Numbered from the stretch's first letter, positions 9,306 to 19,483 are shown. The stretch: 64,000 nucleotides of DNA from an uncultured Pseudomonadales bacterium (GCA_964607285.1 CAZSJW010000001.1:66514-130513), one strand, 5' to 3'. Numbers and translations are program-made. Notes: generated by a model not told the origin, from the sequence alone.

Positions 9306-10433
9306 ATGACAATCAGCCTAGTTGTGGTTTTGCTGTTAATTTTAATTGGATTTGCTGTCCTGTATGTAGCTATTAAGCAACTGGTGGTACAGCGTTCTGA
9401 ACAACAACTGATGGAGCTTGTTGACAGAGCTTTTGGCAAAGCAGCACCAGCTGTTGCCGAGCAAGCTAGGCAAGTACTGCAAGGTGAAAAGGATATTATA
9501 AAAAATGACTTGGAAAATAAACAACAGTATTTTGAAAAACTAGTTAAAACGTTCCAGGAAGATATTAAACAACGTCAGCAAGAGATCCGCACGCTTGAGC
9601 AAGACAGAGTAAGCAAGTTTAGCGAGTTGCAAAAAACACTCGAGCTACAAACAAAAACAACTGCTGAGCTCAAGTTAAGCACTGAGCAACTTTCTAAAAT
9701 CTTGTCTAATAACCAGCAGCGGGGTGAATGGGGGGAGCGTATTATTGAAGACTTGCTTAAGGCAAATGGGTTGATTGAGGGTATTCACTATGAGCGTCAG
9801 AAGCAGCTGGCTGGTGGCTCATTTCGACCTGACATTGTATTGATTTTGCCAGATTCCAAGTATGTAGCTGTTGATGTGAAGTTTCCACTTAGTGCTATGC
9901 AAAAGTTAGCTGTTTCAGAAAATAAAGCCCAGACAGCAATTCATTTGAAGCAATTTGCAGTAGATCTAAAACAAAAAATTACTCAAGTTGCCAAGTACAT
10001 CAACCCCGAACTGCAAACGCTTGATTATGCAATCCTGTTCGTGCCAAATGAGATGGTATTTTCATTCATCAATCAGGAATTACCTGAAATGATTGATGAA
10101 GCTCTACGTAGAAGAGTGTTGCTGGTTTCTCCATTTACGTTCTTGATTGTGGCTAGAACTGTAATGGAAAGTTATCGCAACTTTATGCTTTCTGACCAGC
10201 TGCGCGGTATGTTGCAGGCACTGGATGAGTTTGTGGGTGAATGGGGGAAGTTTAGGGAGGGGTTTGAAAAATACGGTCGGAGTCTGACTACATTGCAATC
10301 TGACTATGAAAAAATGACTCAGACAAGATTTAGACAACTTGAAAGAAAAATTGAAAAAATTCAAGGGTTGCCACCGCTGGTTGTAGAGGTAGCTACGCCT
10401 GACAACCACTTACTTGATGTAACTGAACAGTAG
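9306..10433 (+). CDS. rmuC: DNA recombination protein RmuC
   Basis: It has an N-terminal TM helix and a long coiled coil. The C-terminal region (AILFVPNEMVF, VLLVSPFTFL) is typical of RmuC. Confidence 0.75.
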   Translation: MTISLVVVLLLILIGFAVLYVAIKQLVVQRSEQQLMELVDRAFGKAAPAVAEQARQVLQGEKDIIKNDLENKQQYFEKLVKTFQEDIKQRQQEIRTLEQDRVSKFSELQKTLELQTKTTAELKLSTEQLSKILSNNQQRGEWGERIIEDLLKANGLIEGIHYERQKQLAGGSFRPDIVLILPDSKYVAVDVKFPLSAMQKLAVSENKAQTAIHLKQFAVDLKQKITQVAKYINPELQTLDYAILFVPNEMVFSFINQELPEMIDEALRRRVLLVSPFTFLIVARTVMESYRNFMLSDQLRGMLQALDEFVGEWGKFREGFEKYGRSLTTLQSDYEKMTQTRFRQLERKIEKIQGLPPLVVEVATPDNHLLDVTEQ

Positions 10434-10549
10434 TTATAAGTTTTACTAGGATATTTAGTGCATCTGTGTTATACTGACGGCCTATAGCAATTTGCTTTGT
10501 TGATTTTGAAGATCTCAATCTAGTTTATCGTTGATAGTTTTTATAGTTC

Positions 10550-11692
10550 GTGTTCATAGTGTTTACTCTGTGGATGCCTTGCAGAAAGGTTTGTATGCAA
10601 CAGACACCATCATATAATCGCCGAATCGTGACGGGTGTATCTCAAGATTCAGAGATGTCAAAGAGTGTGGAAATGATAATTTCCGAAGCTGAGCGTTTGG
10701 GTATCGAATGGCTCATTGTGCCAAATACCACAATTCTTGAGTTGACTCACGATGGTGACACTGCTCGGTTTCATCGCAGAATTCCGCCTCAAACTTCTAG
10801 TGTAGCAGCATATTGCTGCGTCAATAAACAGATAACCAGAAATCTTCTCAAAGATGCGGGTGTGACTGTAAGCCCAGGCTACTTCATTGTTCCAAGCGAC
10901 ACCAAAAAGTACCGCAAAGAAGTGTATTCAGCGCTTTCCAAGCCATTAGTTGTTAAACCGACTGACCGCTCACTTGATGCAAACGTCACCGTAAACATTA
11001 CAAGTTTTGGGGCATATGAGCGAGCAGTTGCCAGAATTTACGCTGACGACCCTGCAACTTCAATACTGGTTGAGGAGCAATTTATCGGCGATGAGTTCAG
11101 GATCGTTTGCACAAAAGAAAAAGTTATCAGCATCATAAAGCGAGTGCGCCCATATGTTGTTGGAGATGGGTTTTCAACTATCGCTGATTTAGCAAAACAT
11201 AAGAGTGAAGAGCATCTATCGCATCTATCAGGTTCTCTCAAGCCACTGTTGATAGACGAGCAAACAAGGTTGTACCTATCAGAACAGGGGTTAACTTCTT
11301 CAAGTGTTCCTAAAAACCATGAGACAGTTTACTTTCAGAGCACTACACTTTCTGCAATAGGACGTGGAGGTGACACGGTGGAAGTGTTAGACGAAGTTCA
11401 TCCTTCAATTCATGAGATTGCTGTGAGCGCTATTCAATCAGTTCCAGGCTTAGCATGGGGTGGTATAGATTTTATGTGCAATGATCATACGGCTAAACAG
11501 ACTAAGAACTCTTACAGATTGATTGAGATCAATGCATCACCAGAATTGGCGTGGCAAGAGCACCCAGCAATTGGAGAATCAAAAAATGTGATTTACGCTT
11601 TTTTATCAGTTGTATTTCCCAGTTTGCGAAAAAATAATCGTACTTCCTCTGTGGTTTTTGATGGACTAGAGACTCGAACGCTAGCGGTCTAA
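10550..11692 (+). CDS. ATP-grasp family ligase. The start is uncertain; candidate ATGs are at 10595 and 10655.
   Basis: Central and C-terminal regions show an ATP-grasp-like pattern: NKQITRNLLKDAGVTVSPGYF, VVKPTDRSLDANV, IVEEQFIGDEFRIV, RLIEINASPELAW. The substrate is unknown. Confidence 0.45.
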   Translation: MFIVFTLWMPCRKVCMQQTPSYNRRIVTGVSQDSEMSKSVEMIISEAERLGIEWLIVPNTTILELTHDGDTARFHRRIPPQTSSVAAYCCVNKQITRNLLKDAGVTVSPGYFIVPSDTKKYRKEVYSALSKPLVVKPTDRSLDANVTVNITSFGAYERAVARIYADDPATSILVEEQFIGDEFRIVCTKEKVISIIKRVRPYVVGDGFSTIADLAKHKSEEHLSHLSGSLKPLLIDEQTRLYLSEQGLTSSSVPKNHETVYFQSTTLSAIGRGGDTVEVLDEVHPSIHEIAVSAIQSVPGLAWGGIDFMCNDHTAKQTKNSYRLIEINASPELAWQEHPAIGESKNVIYAFLSVVFPSLRKNNRTSSVVFDGLETRTLAV

Positions 11693-12763
11693 GTATTTTG
11701 CAAAAAAATCTAAGTCCCGTTGCACTGCATTTTCCCAAGCACCCAATAGATTGTGATCTGCACCAGGATACTTGTAGTAGCTAAACTCAATTTTCGCTGG
11801 TGCAGAAGCATTCTCATTTCTTCGCAGATTTTCAAGTTCTAGCTTGTCAATAAACTCTTCCGTCCAAAAAAATGGTACTGCATCGTCGATTGTTCCTTGT
11901 TGAAACTGTAGTGGCCCGCGCAAGTCCTGTAAAAACTGGGTATGGGTAAATTGGTGCACATCATACTCTCGCTCGAAAAGTGCAATCCAGGCACGTTGGG
12001 ACTTGCCTTCGTCCGCAACTTCATCTCCAAAATACAGAATGGAGTATGGAAATGGGGCGGTTACTGGTGCCCAAAGTGTAGTAGGGTGCGATTCTTTAAG
12101 TACTTCTAATGTTGTGATCGCAATCTGTCCCCCATTGCTGTGTGCCCAAATGCCAACATCCTTCGGCGTTATGACATCACCTGTAGGTGTGATTGGAACG
12201 CCAGAAGTAATTGTTCTTAGTAATTCAGCTATTATTGCTGGTTTTTCAAACCGTGCTTGCCATGGATCTTCTGGTTCAGGGTCACTTTGACCATACCCAA
12301 AGAAGTCAGGTGCAATTGTTATGTAGCCAGCTCGTGCAAATCGGGCTGCAGCATTTTTTGTGCTGACTCCAGTCGTATATGACTCGATTGGCACATATCC
12401 CCTCAGAAGCAAAATTGTAGCTGGTGGATTTTCCGTGTCTACTGCATCTGGAATATTCAGTTGTCCAGTCATTTTTTTACCCAGTGTTTCGAATTGAAAT
12501 AGATACTTACTGAAGCCGACTTCAGGTTCACCTACATCAATAATCTTGAGTGCTCCTGGAGAGAACTCTCTTTTTTGAAGTTCAGGAATGGACAACTGTG
12601 TAAGTGGAAGTACCTGAGGTTTGGTGAGTTCGGAACCGATTTTGAGTGGTGACACCAGGTGGTCAGTAAACCATTGGTGATTTTTGGCTATTTGCAGTCC
12701 CAGGAAAACTCCAAGACTTAGTGAAACGATAACACAAAGTGAAAGTACTACAGCTCTGATCAT
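11681..12763 (-). CDS. Membrane-anchored alpha/beta hydrolase (dienelactone hydrolase/S9 peptidase-like)
   Basis: The nucleophile elbow is GIWAHSNGGQ (GxSxG). The catalytic-type C-terminal segment is YKYPGADHNL. The probable start is the internal Met giving the MIRAVVLSLCVIVSLSL anchor; the ORF is open to 12895. Confidence 0.55.
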   Translation of the reverse strand: MIRAVVLSLCVIVSLSLGVFLGLQIAKNHQWFTDHLVSPLKIGSELTKPQVLPLTQLSIPELQKREFSPGALKIIDVGEPEVGFSKYLFQFETLGKKMTGQLNIPDAVDTENPPATILLLRGYVPIESYTTGVSTKNAAARFARAGYITIAPDFFGYGQSDPEPEDPWQARFEKPAIIAELLRTITSGVPITPTGDVITPKDVGIWAHSNGGQIAITTLEVLKESHPTTLWAPVTAPFPYSILYFGDEVADEGKSQRAWIALFEREYDVHQFTHTQFLQDLRGPLQFQQGTIDDAVPFFWTEEFIDKLELENLRRNENASAPAKIEFSYYKYPGADHNLLGAWENAVQRDLDFFAKYLDR

Positions 12764-12915
12764 CTGTATATCATACACTCGGAAGCAGGCAGTTGCTGAT
12801 AGCTTACAAAGATCAGCTGGCATTGATATACTTAGAGCGACTTTACTTTCGACTTGAAAGTGGGAATAATGTAGCCTAGTTGTGTTGCTAGTCACTTGAT
12901 TGCTGGAAGAAATAT

Positions 12916-13956
12916 ATGCGTATGTTTACTATAAAAAAAACTCTTTGTTTAATTTTCTTCGTTGGACTGTTGAGTGTTTTTGGAAGCTCAATGGTCGCAC
13001 GTCCTGTGCATGCAGCTCAACTCTCCGAAGCATTCGTGCGACTGGATCGTTTAGCTGCCTCGACTGCAACTGGAGGAACTGTGTGTACCAAAATGACCAC
13101 TACCGCAGGCACAGATGCAAAATTAGTCATTACTTTCCCAGCAGGTTTCACAGTAAGTAGCACAGCAGGCAACTGGACTGTGACAACTACAAATTTACCA
13201 TTGGGTGCTACTGCGATGCCTGGCATCAATACTGCCACAGGCGTTTCTAGTCAGACAGTCACGTTCCCAATCTCTGATATAAGTTCTGCAGCAACGTTAT
13301 ATTGCTTCAACTTCTCGGGTACTACAACGCTTACTAATACAACGGCCGCAAATGACTTGACTGGTACAATTTTGGTAACCACAAGTGGTGACGTCACAAT
13401 TGATAGTGGAAGTTATGCACTGTCTATCATTACAAATGACCAGGTTGCGGTTTCTGCAACTGTTCCTGCTACATTCTCATTAGCACTGGGCACTAATACA
13501 CAAGCACTCGGCACTTTGAGTACAGGTTCCGTATCATCTGGAAGCGGTGTATCCGTCACAGTTAGCACGAATGCTGCAAATGGGTGGATTGGTTGGGTGC
13601 GATCCGCAAATGCTGGATTAGATTCAGCGGTAACCGGTGACTCAATTGATGCTACTGGTTCAATAGATGACGCACCTTCCTCATTGTCGGCTGGTACAGA
13701 AGGATATGTTATCGATGCTAATTTAACAACTGATGGCACTAACGGTGGAACCCTGACAGTAGATGCTGAGTACAATGGTGGCGACACTTCATCAGGTGGC
13801 ACTCCGAGCACTACATTCCAAGAGTTTGCTACTGCTGATGGACCTGCCAGTGGCGACATAATAACTCTAATTCCAAGAGTAGCTATCTCAGGTCTGAATC
13901 AGGCAGCAACTGATTACACCGACACTCTGACGATTGTCGCTGCAGGTCACTTCTAA
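12916..13956 (+). CDS. Secreted S/T-rich cell-surface protein (csc/WxL-like cluster member, paralog A)
   Basis: Sec signal peptide with an AxA site (VHA-AQ). The mature protein is about 40% Ser/Thr/Gly. The C-terminus ATDYTDTLTIVAAGHF is shared with the 18416..19483 product. The N-terminal domain is homologous to that of the 39415..42174 product. Confidence 0.6.
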   Translation: MRMFTIKKTLCLIFFVGLLSVFGSSMVARPVHAAQLSEAFVRLDRLAASTATGGTVCTKMTTTAGTDAKLVITFPAGFTVSSTAGNWTVTTTNLPLGATAMPGINTATGVSSQTVTFPISDISSAATLYCFNFSGTTTLTNTTAANDLTGTILVTTSGDVTIDSGSYALSIITNDQVAVSATVPATFSLALGTNTQALGTLSTGSVSSGSGVSVTVSTNAANGWIGWVRSANAGLDSAVTGDSIDATGSIDDAPSSLSAGTEGYVIDANLTTDGTNGGTLTVDAEYNGGDTSSGGTPSTTFQEFATADGPASGDIITLIPRVAISGLNQAATDYTDTLTIVAAGHF

Positions 13957-14526
13957 GCTACTTGACAACTTGTAATATATTCTCCATGCAGTTTTTACTG
14001 TATACATACTTACATTTCTAAGTTGAAAAGCTTTATGCTTGATATAAAAGCTTTGGGAAGGCATGCGCTTGCAGCGCATGCACCACTTGGTATGGGAAGT
14101 GCTCAAATCTCTGTAACTGGAACTCAGCGTGTAAACTTGGCATCCTATCAATTTAAAGGTACGCCGCTTGCTGACATCACTGATTTGCGCTACAGCACGT
14201 ACAATGCTTCAGCGGGAAATACAGGGAGTGTCAATCGGTCTTGCTATCTGCAGTTTAATGTAGATTTCAATGGTATGGCACTGACACATTGCAGCGCCGA
14301 CTTGTATATGTTCCCTCGAAAAATGGCACCGTTCTCCAGAATACCTGGCAAGAGTGGGATACTATTGATGGTGGAGATGCGCAGTGGAGTTACTCAGGTC
14401 TAACTTGGCGAGTAACTGGATAAAAACGAATGTAAAAAGGATGGTTGTATGGTATTCAACAATCCAATTTTCAAAAATCAGGGATAATGCGTAAGTTACG
14501 TTGTTACTCACTAATTTGAATCAAAA

Positions 14527-14567
14527 AAAGAACCGCTTTTGCCCGTACGCAGAAGCGGTTTTTTTAT
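14527..14567. terminator. Intrinsic terminator hairpin flanked by an A-run and a T-run (bidirectional)
   Basis: Sequence is aaaaaaaGAACCGCTTTTGCccgtacGCAGAAGCGGTTtttttta. The stem is 11 bp with one mismatch. It has 7 T downstream and 7 A upstream. Confidence 0.45.
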
Positions 14568-14605
14568 ATACCCCGTAGCGGATGTGGTATACAATAGATC
14601 AGAAT

Positions 14606-15742
14606 ATGCGGCAAAAATTTGTACTATTAGCACTTTTTTATATAGCGGTAGCTGGTGTTGTCGTACTGCCAAGAGTTGCCAAAGCGCAGTCACCTGATGT
14701 AACTACAGCAAGTGCAGATCTTAGTGCCCCGACCCCGGAGCCAACCCCCGAACCACCCGTTCAATCACTCAATCTCACAGTATCACCAATTTCAGTTCTG
14801 CTAGAAGCAGACCCAGGTGAGACAGTCACTGGATCGATGCGAATCTTGAACAACGGGGCAGAACCAGAAGATTTACAACTCGAGCTCGCCACGTTTACTG
14901 CGGATCCTGGTGGATCTAAGCCTGTCATTCGCGCATTTGTATCTCACGAACTCCATCAATCATGGCTGGTGCCAGCAGAGCAAAAAATTAGAGTAAATCC
15001 AGGTGAGTGGAAAACGGTTGAGTTGACATTTGCGCCACCGCAGAATGCGGCTTTGACGTACTACTATGCAGTTATTGTAAATAGGCAGGCAAATGCAGGC
15101 GCAGTCGATGGCGGTGCCGTTATTGCGGGAGCACCGGCTGTGCTTGTGCTTGCAACCGTACATTCCCCCAATGCTATTCAGGAACTCCAGCTCACTGCGT
15201 TTCGATCACCCAAAAAAGTCTATGAATTTTTGCCGTCTGAGTTCGAGGTTTTGGTGGAAAACACAGGTAATGTACATTTAGCACCGTTAGGAAATGTCTT
15301 CATTGATGGTGGGGGCAAAAAAGATATTGGTATTCTTAGCTTTAATCAAGCAAGCGGGTTGGTTTTGCCAGGTACAACCAGAACATACACCGTCAAATGG
15401 GAAGATGGTTTTCCATTTTATGAGACAGTTACGGAGAATGGTTCAATTGTGTATGACGATGCAGGTAAGCCAAAACTCAAACTAAATTGGGATCAACCAT
15501 TAAGTAAGTTGCGCTTTGGCAAATATACGGCGCACTTGCTGATGGTCTACGATAATGGCGAGAGAGATGTGCCAGTGGAATCAACCCTCACGTTTTGGGT
15601 CGTACCTTGGAGATTTTTGGCCGTGGCGGGCGTGATTCTACTCCTTGCCGCAAATAAATTATTTGATATCGCCAAAAAGTTAATTAGTTTTCCGCAACGA
15701 TTATTACAAAAAAAGAATGACACGCCAGATGCGCAACAATAA
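14606..15742 (+). CDS. Cell-surface protein, DUF916/DUF3324-like architecture (signal peptide, beta-rich ectodomain, C-terminal TM plus basic tail)
   Basis: Signal peptide MRQKFVLLALFYIAVAGVVVLPRVAKA. C-terminal FWVVPWRFLAVAGVILLLAANKLFDIAKKL anchor with a K-rich tail. The ORF is open from 14582. Confidence 0.5.
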   Translation: MRQKFVLLALFYIAVAGVVVLPRVAKAQSPDVTTASADLSAPTPEPTPEPPVQSLNLTVSPISVLLEADPGETVTGSMRILNNGAEPEDLQLELATFTADPGGSKPVIRAFVSHELHQSWLVPAEQKIRVNPGEWKTVELTFAPPQNAALTYYYAVIVNRQANAGAVDGGAVIAGAPAVLVLATVHSPNAIQELQLTAFRSPKKVYEFLPSEFEVLVENTGNVHLAPLGNVFIDGGGKKDIGILSFNQASGLVLPGTTRTYTVKWEDGFPFYETVTENGSIVYDDAGKPKLKLNWDQPLSKLRFGKYTAHLLMVYDNGERDVPVESTLTFWVVPWRFLAVAGVILLLAANKLFDIAKKLISFPQRLLQKKNDTPDAQQ

Positions 15743-16857
15743 GTTTGGAATACCAGCTGTGATCTTTGTAGTCGTAGGAGCACTCTTCCTAATGGCTATG
15801 CCTCTTGTTGCGCAAGAACTCACTGCAACAGAAAGTGCAAGCTCCTCGGCAACTCCCGAGCCTACTGTTGCTCCTGTCGCAGAAGCGCCGATAAATTTGA
15901 CCGTCTCACCCATAACACTACTCTTAGAAACAGATCCTGCGAAGTCAACGCAAGGAGAGGTTCGAGTTTAAACAATAGTTCAGAAACAGAGTACTTGGAG
16001 ATAAGTTTGGCCAAGTTTCGTGCAGGTGATAACGGAGCGCAACCAATAATTGAGCCATTTGCGAGCACAGATGAGTATACGGATTGGATTTCTTTCTCCG
16101 AAGATCGATTTACTGCGGAGCCTAACGAATGGAAATCGATTCAAGTCACCTTTACTCCCCCAAAAACTGCAGCGCTTGCATACTACTACGCAATAATTGT
16201 TCGCAGACAGTCTCTAACTCCAGAAGGGACGGTCACAACGGTGGTTTCTGTCGCACCTGCAGTGTTGCTGCTGGCAAATGTGCATTCGCCAAACGCCAAG
16301 CAAGAGTTACAACTAGTTTCGTTTTCTACTTTGCAAAAAGTATATGAGTTTTTGCCGACTGAGTTTATGGTTGAAATTAAAACAGCGGTAACGTGCACTT
16401 AGCACCACTCGGCAATATCTTTATTGACTCTGGTACAAAAAAAGATATTGCACTCCTGTCTTTCAACAAGGGAAACGGTATGGTTCTCCCAGACAGTGTA
16501 CGAAACTTTACGGCTCAGTGGGATGAAGGATTTCCCGTGTATGAGACGCTGACGGAAGGCGAGTAAGTTGAGCGAAATGCGTATGGTACCCCGAAGCGTG
16601 ACTTGCAATGGGATTTTGCCAACATAAATAAACTACGCTTTGGTAAGTAAACCGCTCATTTACTCATGGTGTATGACAATGGCGAACGGGATGTTCCAGT
16701 CGAGTCGACTGTCAGTTTTTGGGTGATTCCTTGGCGATTTTTGGCAGCATTGGTCGGCAAATTGTTCTTTATGGCACTCGGAGTTGCTGCTACAGTATAT
16801 GTTAGTGTTAAAATTATCCGTCATCGTCGCCAGCATGTGCCACCGATTCAGTCGTAA
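15729..16857 (+). pseudogene. Tandem duplicate of the 14606..15742 surface-protein gene, disrupted by at least 3 frameshifts or stops
   Basis: Pieces 15717-15971, 15995-16402, the region around 16400-16660 (frame changes) and 16666-16857 translate to segments that are collinear with and similar to the upstream gene. Examples are PTPEPT..INLTVSPITLLLETDP, EWKSIQVTFTPPKTAALAYYYAIIVRRQS and MVYDNGERDVPVESTVSFWVIPWRFLA. Confidence 0.6.
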
Positions 16858-17758
16858 TCTTCTTCTGGTACTGGTTGTAACTCTTGCTGCGTGTTGCTTT
16901 TACCCTGCAGTTGCAAACGCACAGTCCGTCCTCACGGTAGATCCTGCTTTCCAAGAAGTGCTGCTGACAATTGATGAAACTGAAGCAGAAACAACCATTT
17001 CCTACAGTAATGAATCATCGGAAAGCATAGAGCTTGAGTTGTTTGCATATGACTTTACTCAGACTGATTTGCTCGGGAGCGTGGGAATGTTTCCAGCGGA
17101 TGTATCGTATCCGCACACTCTTGCTAGTTTTTTGGAGTTTGAACAAAATAAGCTAATTGTTAACCCAAAGGAAAAGAAAAATGCTGTCATTCGGGTGCGT
17201 AATCGAGCCAGTCTTACCCCTGGGGGACATTACGCAGCAGTTGTAGCACGTGTTTTCCAAAGACCAGCAGATGCTGCGACACAACAAGTCGTACCAGCAA
17301 TATCGGCACTTATTTTGGTACGGAAAACTGGTGGCGAGCAATACCATCTCTCATTGAGCAACACTAGTTGGTCGCCTGGCACAATTGAGTTCTCTATTCC
17401 AGAAAAAATTGAGTTGCTGTTTCGCAATGACGGTAATGTGCATGACATACCTCGTGGATCAGTTACTGTGAAAAATGTTTTCGGAACTACCCTGTATCAG
17501 GGAACAATTAACGAGTCATCATTGTATGTGCTTCCGGGTACGCAGCGTAGGATACCCGTTACATTGCGGAATAGTCACTGGTTGCTGCCAATTGAAGTCA
17601 TCACTGTTGCTACGAATGGAACAGCTCAGTTTTCTACTGTAGCCTATCAGCGAGAAGAAAGCCTGATTTTAGTGAGATGGCAATTTATTGTATTTGTAGT
17701 GCTTTTGGTTGCAGTTGGAGTAGGTATATGGCGCTGGCAGAAGCGGAGGCGCAAATGA
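16835..17758 (+). CDS. Cell-surface protein, third member of the DUF916/DUF3324-like family
   Basis: Signal peptide MCHRFSRNLLLVLVVTLAACCFYPAVANA. C-terminal TM WQFIVFVVLLVAVGVGIW followed by RWQKRRRK. Internal VYVLPGTQRRIPV parallels LVLPGTTRTYTV of the first paralog. Confidence 0.5.
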   Translation: MCHRFSRNLLLVLVVTLAACCFYPAVANAQSVLTVDPAFQEVLLTIDETEAETTISYSNESSESIELELFAYDFTQTDLLGSVGMFPADVSYPHTLASFLEFEQNKLIVNPKEKKNAVIRVRNRASLTPGGHYAAVVARVFQRPADAATQQVVPAISALILVRKTGGEQYHLSLSNTSWSPGTIEFSIPEKIELLFRNDGNVHDIPRGSVTVKNVFGTTLYQGTINESSLYVLPGTQRRIPVTLRNSHWLLPIEVITVATNGTAQFSTVAYQREESLILVRWQFIVFVVLLVAVGVGIWRWQKRRRK

Positions 17759-18411
17759 AAAAAGTAGTACAAATAGTCTTGGTGCTACTTTTAGTAGCTG
17801 GCTTGGCTTTATATGGATATCGAACACTCAAGCAGCCGGTGACGGGAGTGACTACAGAAGCCACTTCTGACAGAATGCGTGAGTTCGTAGCTGAACATGA
17901 GAAAGATGAGTCAGTGCTTACCACAGACACTCTACAATATAATCCAGCCAGCGACCCAAATCGTCAGCAACAGGTTGTGACTACCGATTGCTTCACGCTA
18001 CGGCTTGCCCGCCCAATCGCGTACCTTAAAACTCGCTCAGAAAGCTCGGAAGAAACGCAACAACAACAGAATTGCTTTATCGGGGGAGCATTCGAAAATC
18101 CTCGGGCCCAGTTGACGATATCAGCTGAGTACAGACCAGATTTAACACAACTCTCCGAGCACACTGGAATTACACTCCGTGAGCGAGAATCTGATGAGTA
18201 TCAGCCGATAGAAGTCCCTGAAATAGCAGGTGAAGAGTACCGTGCCTTTCAATCGCAAATTGAGTTGATCGTTATATGGTCAAGAACTCCTGTTGTCTAC
18301 ACAGTTGCCTTGCATAACTTAGCAAGAGAGTCAGATGATGCGCAAAAACTTTTTAGAGATGTCATCTTGGCACTTGAGCTAGACGAAGGTGCATCTGACT
18401 CGGTATACTAA
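17755..18411 (+). CDS. Membrane-anchored hypothetical protein (csc-like cluster member)
   Basis: Start ATG overlaps the upstream stop (ATGA). N-terminal TM KKVVQIVLVLLLVAGLALYGY, then a soluble acidic domain. The ORF is open from 17677. Confidence 0.4.
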   Translation: MKKVVQIVLVLLLVAGLALYGYRTLKQPVTGVTTEATSDRMREFVAEHEKDESVLTTDTLQYNPASDPNRQQQVVTTDCFTLRLARPIAYLKTRSESSEETQQQQNCFIGGAFENPRAQLTISAEYRPDLTQLSEHTGITLRERESDEYQPIEVPEIAGEEYRAFQSQIELIVIWSRTPVVYTVALHNLARESDDAQKLFRDVILALELDEGASDSVY

Positions 18412-18415
18412 ACAC

Positions 18416-19483
18416 ATGCGATTTCCGCATGTTTCTTTTCAGCGCAGTTTTTTGGTATTGTTACTACTAGTGTTTCCTGCAAGTAATGGCTATAGTTTGC
18501 GTGATTATACTTGGGGAGCTGGTGGCACATCAGGCAGTGATTCCAACAGCTACAGCGTCAATGCAGCTCTGGGAGAGGTAAGCAATAATGAGTTAGAAGG
18601 CAGCGCCTACAAAACCTGGCCTGGGCTTTCGTTTACCCAACAGGCAAATGTGCCGCCTGCGCCAACACTCACTAATTCTGGTAGTTTTTATAACAAATTA
18701 AACCTAGTTTTAAACACAGGGAGTAATCCCAGTGACACGCTATTTGCAGTGGCAGTTTCCACAGATAATTTTTCTACAACTGAGTACCTGCAATCCGATA
18801 ACACAATCGGTGCTAGTTTGGGGGCAGAAGACTGGCAATCGTACGCCAACTGGGGTAGTGGAACGGGTGAGTTCATAGTGGGCTTAGATCCAGGCACAAC
18901 GTACTACGTCAAAGTCAAAGCACAACAAGGTGATTTCAGCGAAGGTCCTTGGGGACCCGTTGTTTCGACAGCAACGAGTAGTTTATCAATATCGTTTGAT
19001 ATTGATGTGGCAAGCACAGACACCGAGTCCTCTGGCCCGTATGAGTTAGAGTTTGGTTCGCTGACCCCTACTGCTATAACTACGACAAGTGATCGCGTTT
19101 GGTTGGATTTAGCTACCAATGCAGCGAATGGCGGCGCAATTCATATTTATGGGAGCAACAGCGGGTTGTATAGCACTGCTGCTAACTATATGATCTCAGC
19201 GGTGACCGGTAATCTAACTTCGCTGTCTGAAGGATTTGGTCTTCAGTACGCTAGTGTGGCAGAAAGCGCGGGTGGGCCGATGGCAGTGGATTCGCCGTTT
19301 GATGGCACAAGTGAAACAGTCGGTACACTCACAACCACACCACAACGTATTTTTAACTCCTCTGCAAGCCCAGTTACAGGAGGCAGAGCATCATTTGTGT
19401 CTAAAGCTAAACCAAGCGTTTTGGCACCAGCTGCAGCAGACTACACAGATACGATTACCATCGTTGCGGTGGCAAATTTTTAA
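18416..19483 (+). CDS. Secreted S/T-rich cell-surface protein (paralog B; has a W-x-L motif)
   Basis: Signal peptide MRFPHVSFQRSFLVLLLLVFPASNG. The C-terminal part contains DRVWLDLATN. It ends AADYTDTITIVAVANF, the same terminal motif as the 12916..13956 product. Confidence 0.55.
   Translation: MRFPHVSFQRSFLVLLLLVFPASNGYSLRDYTWGAGGTSGSDSNSYSVNAALGEVSNNELEGSAYKTWPGLSFTQQANVPPAPTLTNSGSFYNKLNLVLNTGSNPSDTLFAVAVSTDNFSTTEYLQSDNTIGASLGAEDWQSYANWGSGTGEFIVGLDPGTTYYVKVKAQQGDFSEGPWGPVVSTATSSLSISFDIDVASTDTESSGPYELEFGSLTPTAITTTSDRVWLDLATNAANGGAIHIYGSNSGLYSTAANYMISAVTGNLTSLSEGFGLQYASVAESAGGPMAVDSPFDGTSETVGTLTTTPQRIFNSSASPVTGGRASFVSKAKPSVLAPAAADYTDTITIVAVANF

Noticed and set aside
10104-10409. Antisense 101-aa ORF inside rmuC, and similar antisense ORFs inside atpA, atpD and the giant genes
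   Set aside because: They lie fully within strongly supported genes on the opposite strand and have no motifs.
12900-13160. 86-aa ORF overlapping the start of the S/T-rich gene in another frame
   Set aside because: It is Cys/Arg-rich and low-complexity, generated by the reading frame of a real gene. It is spurious.
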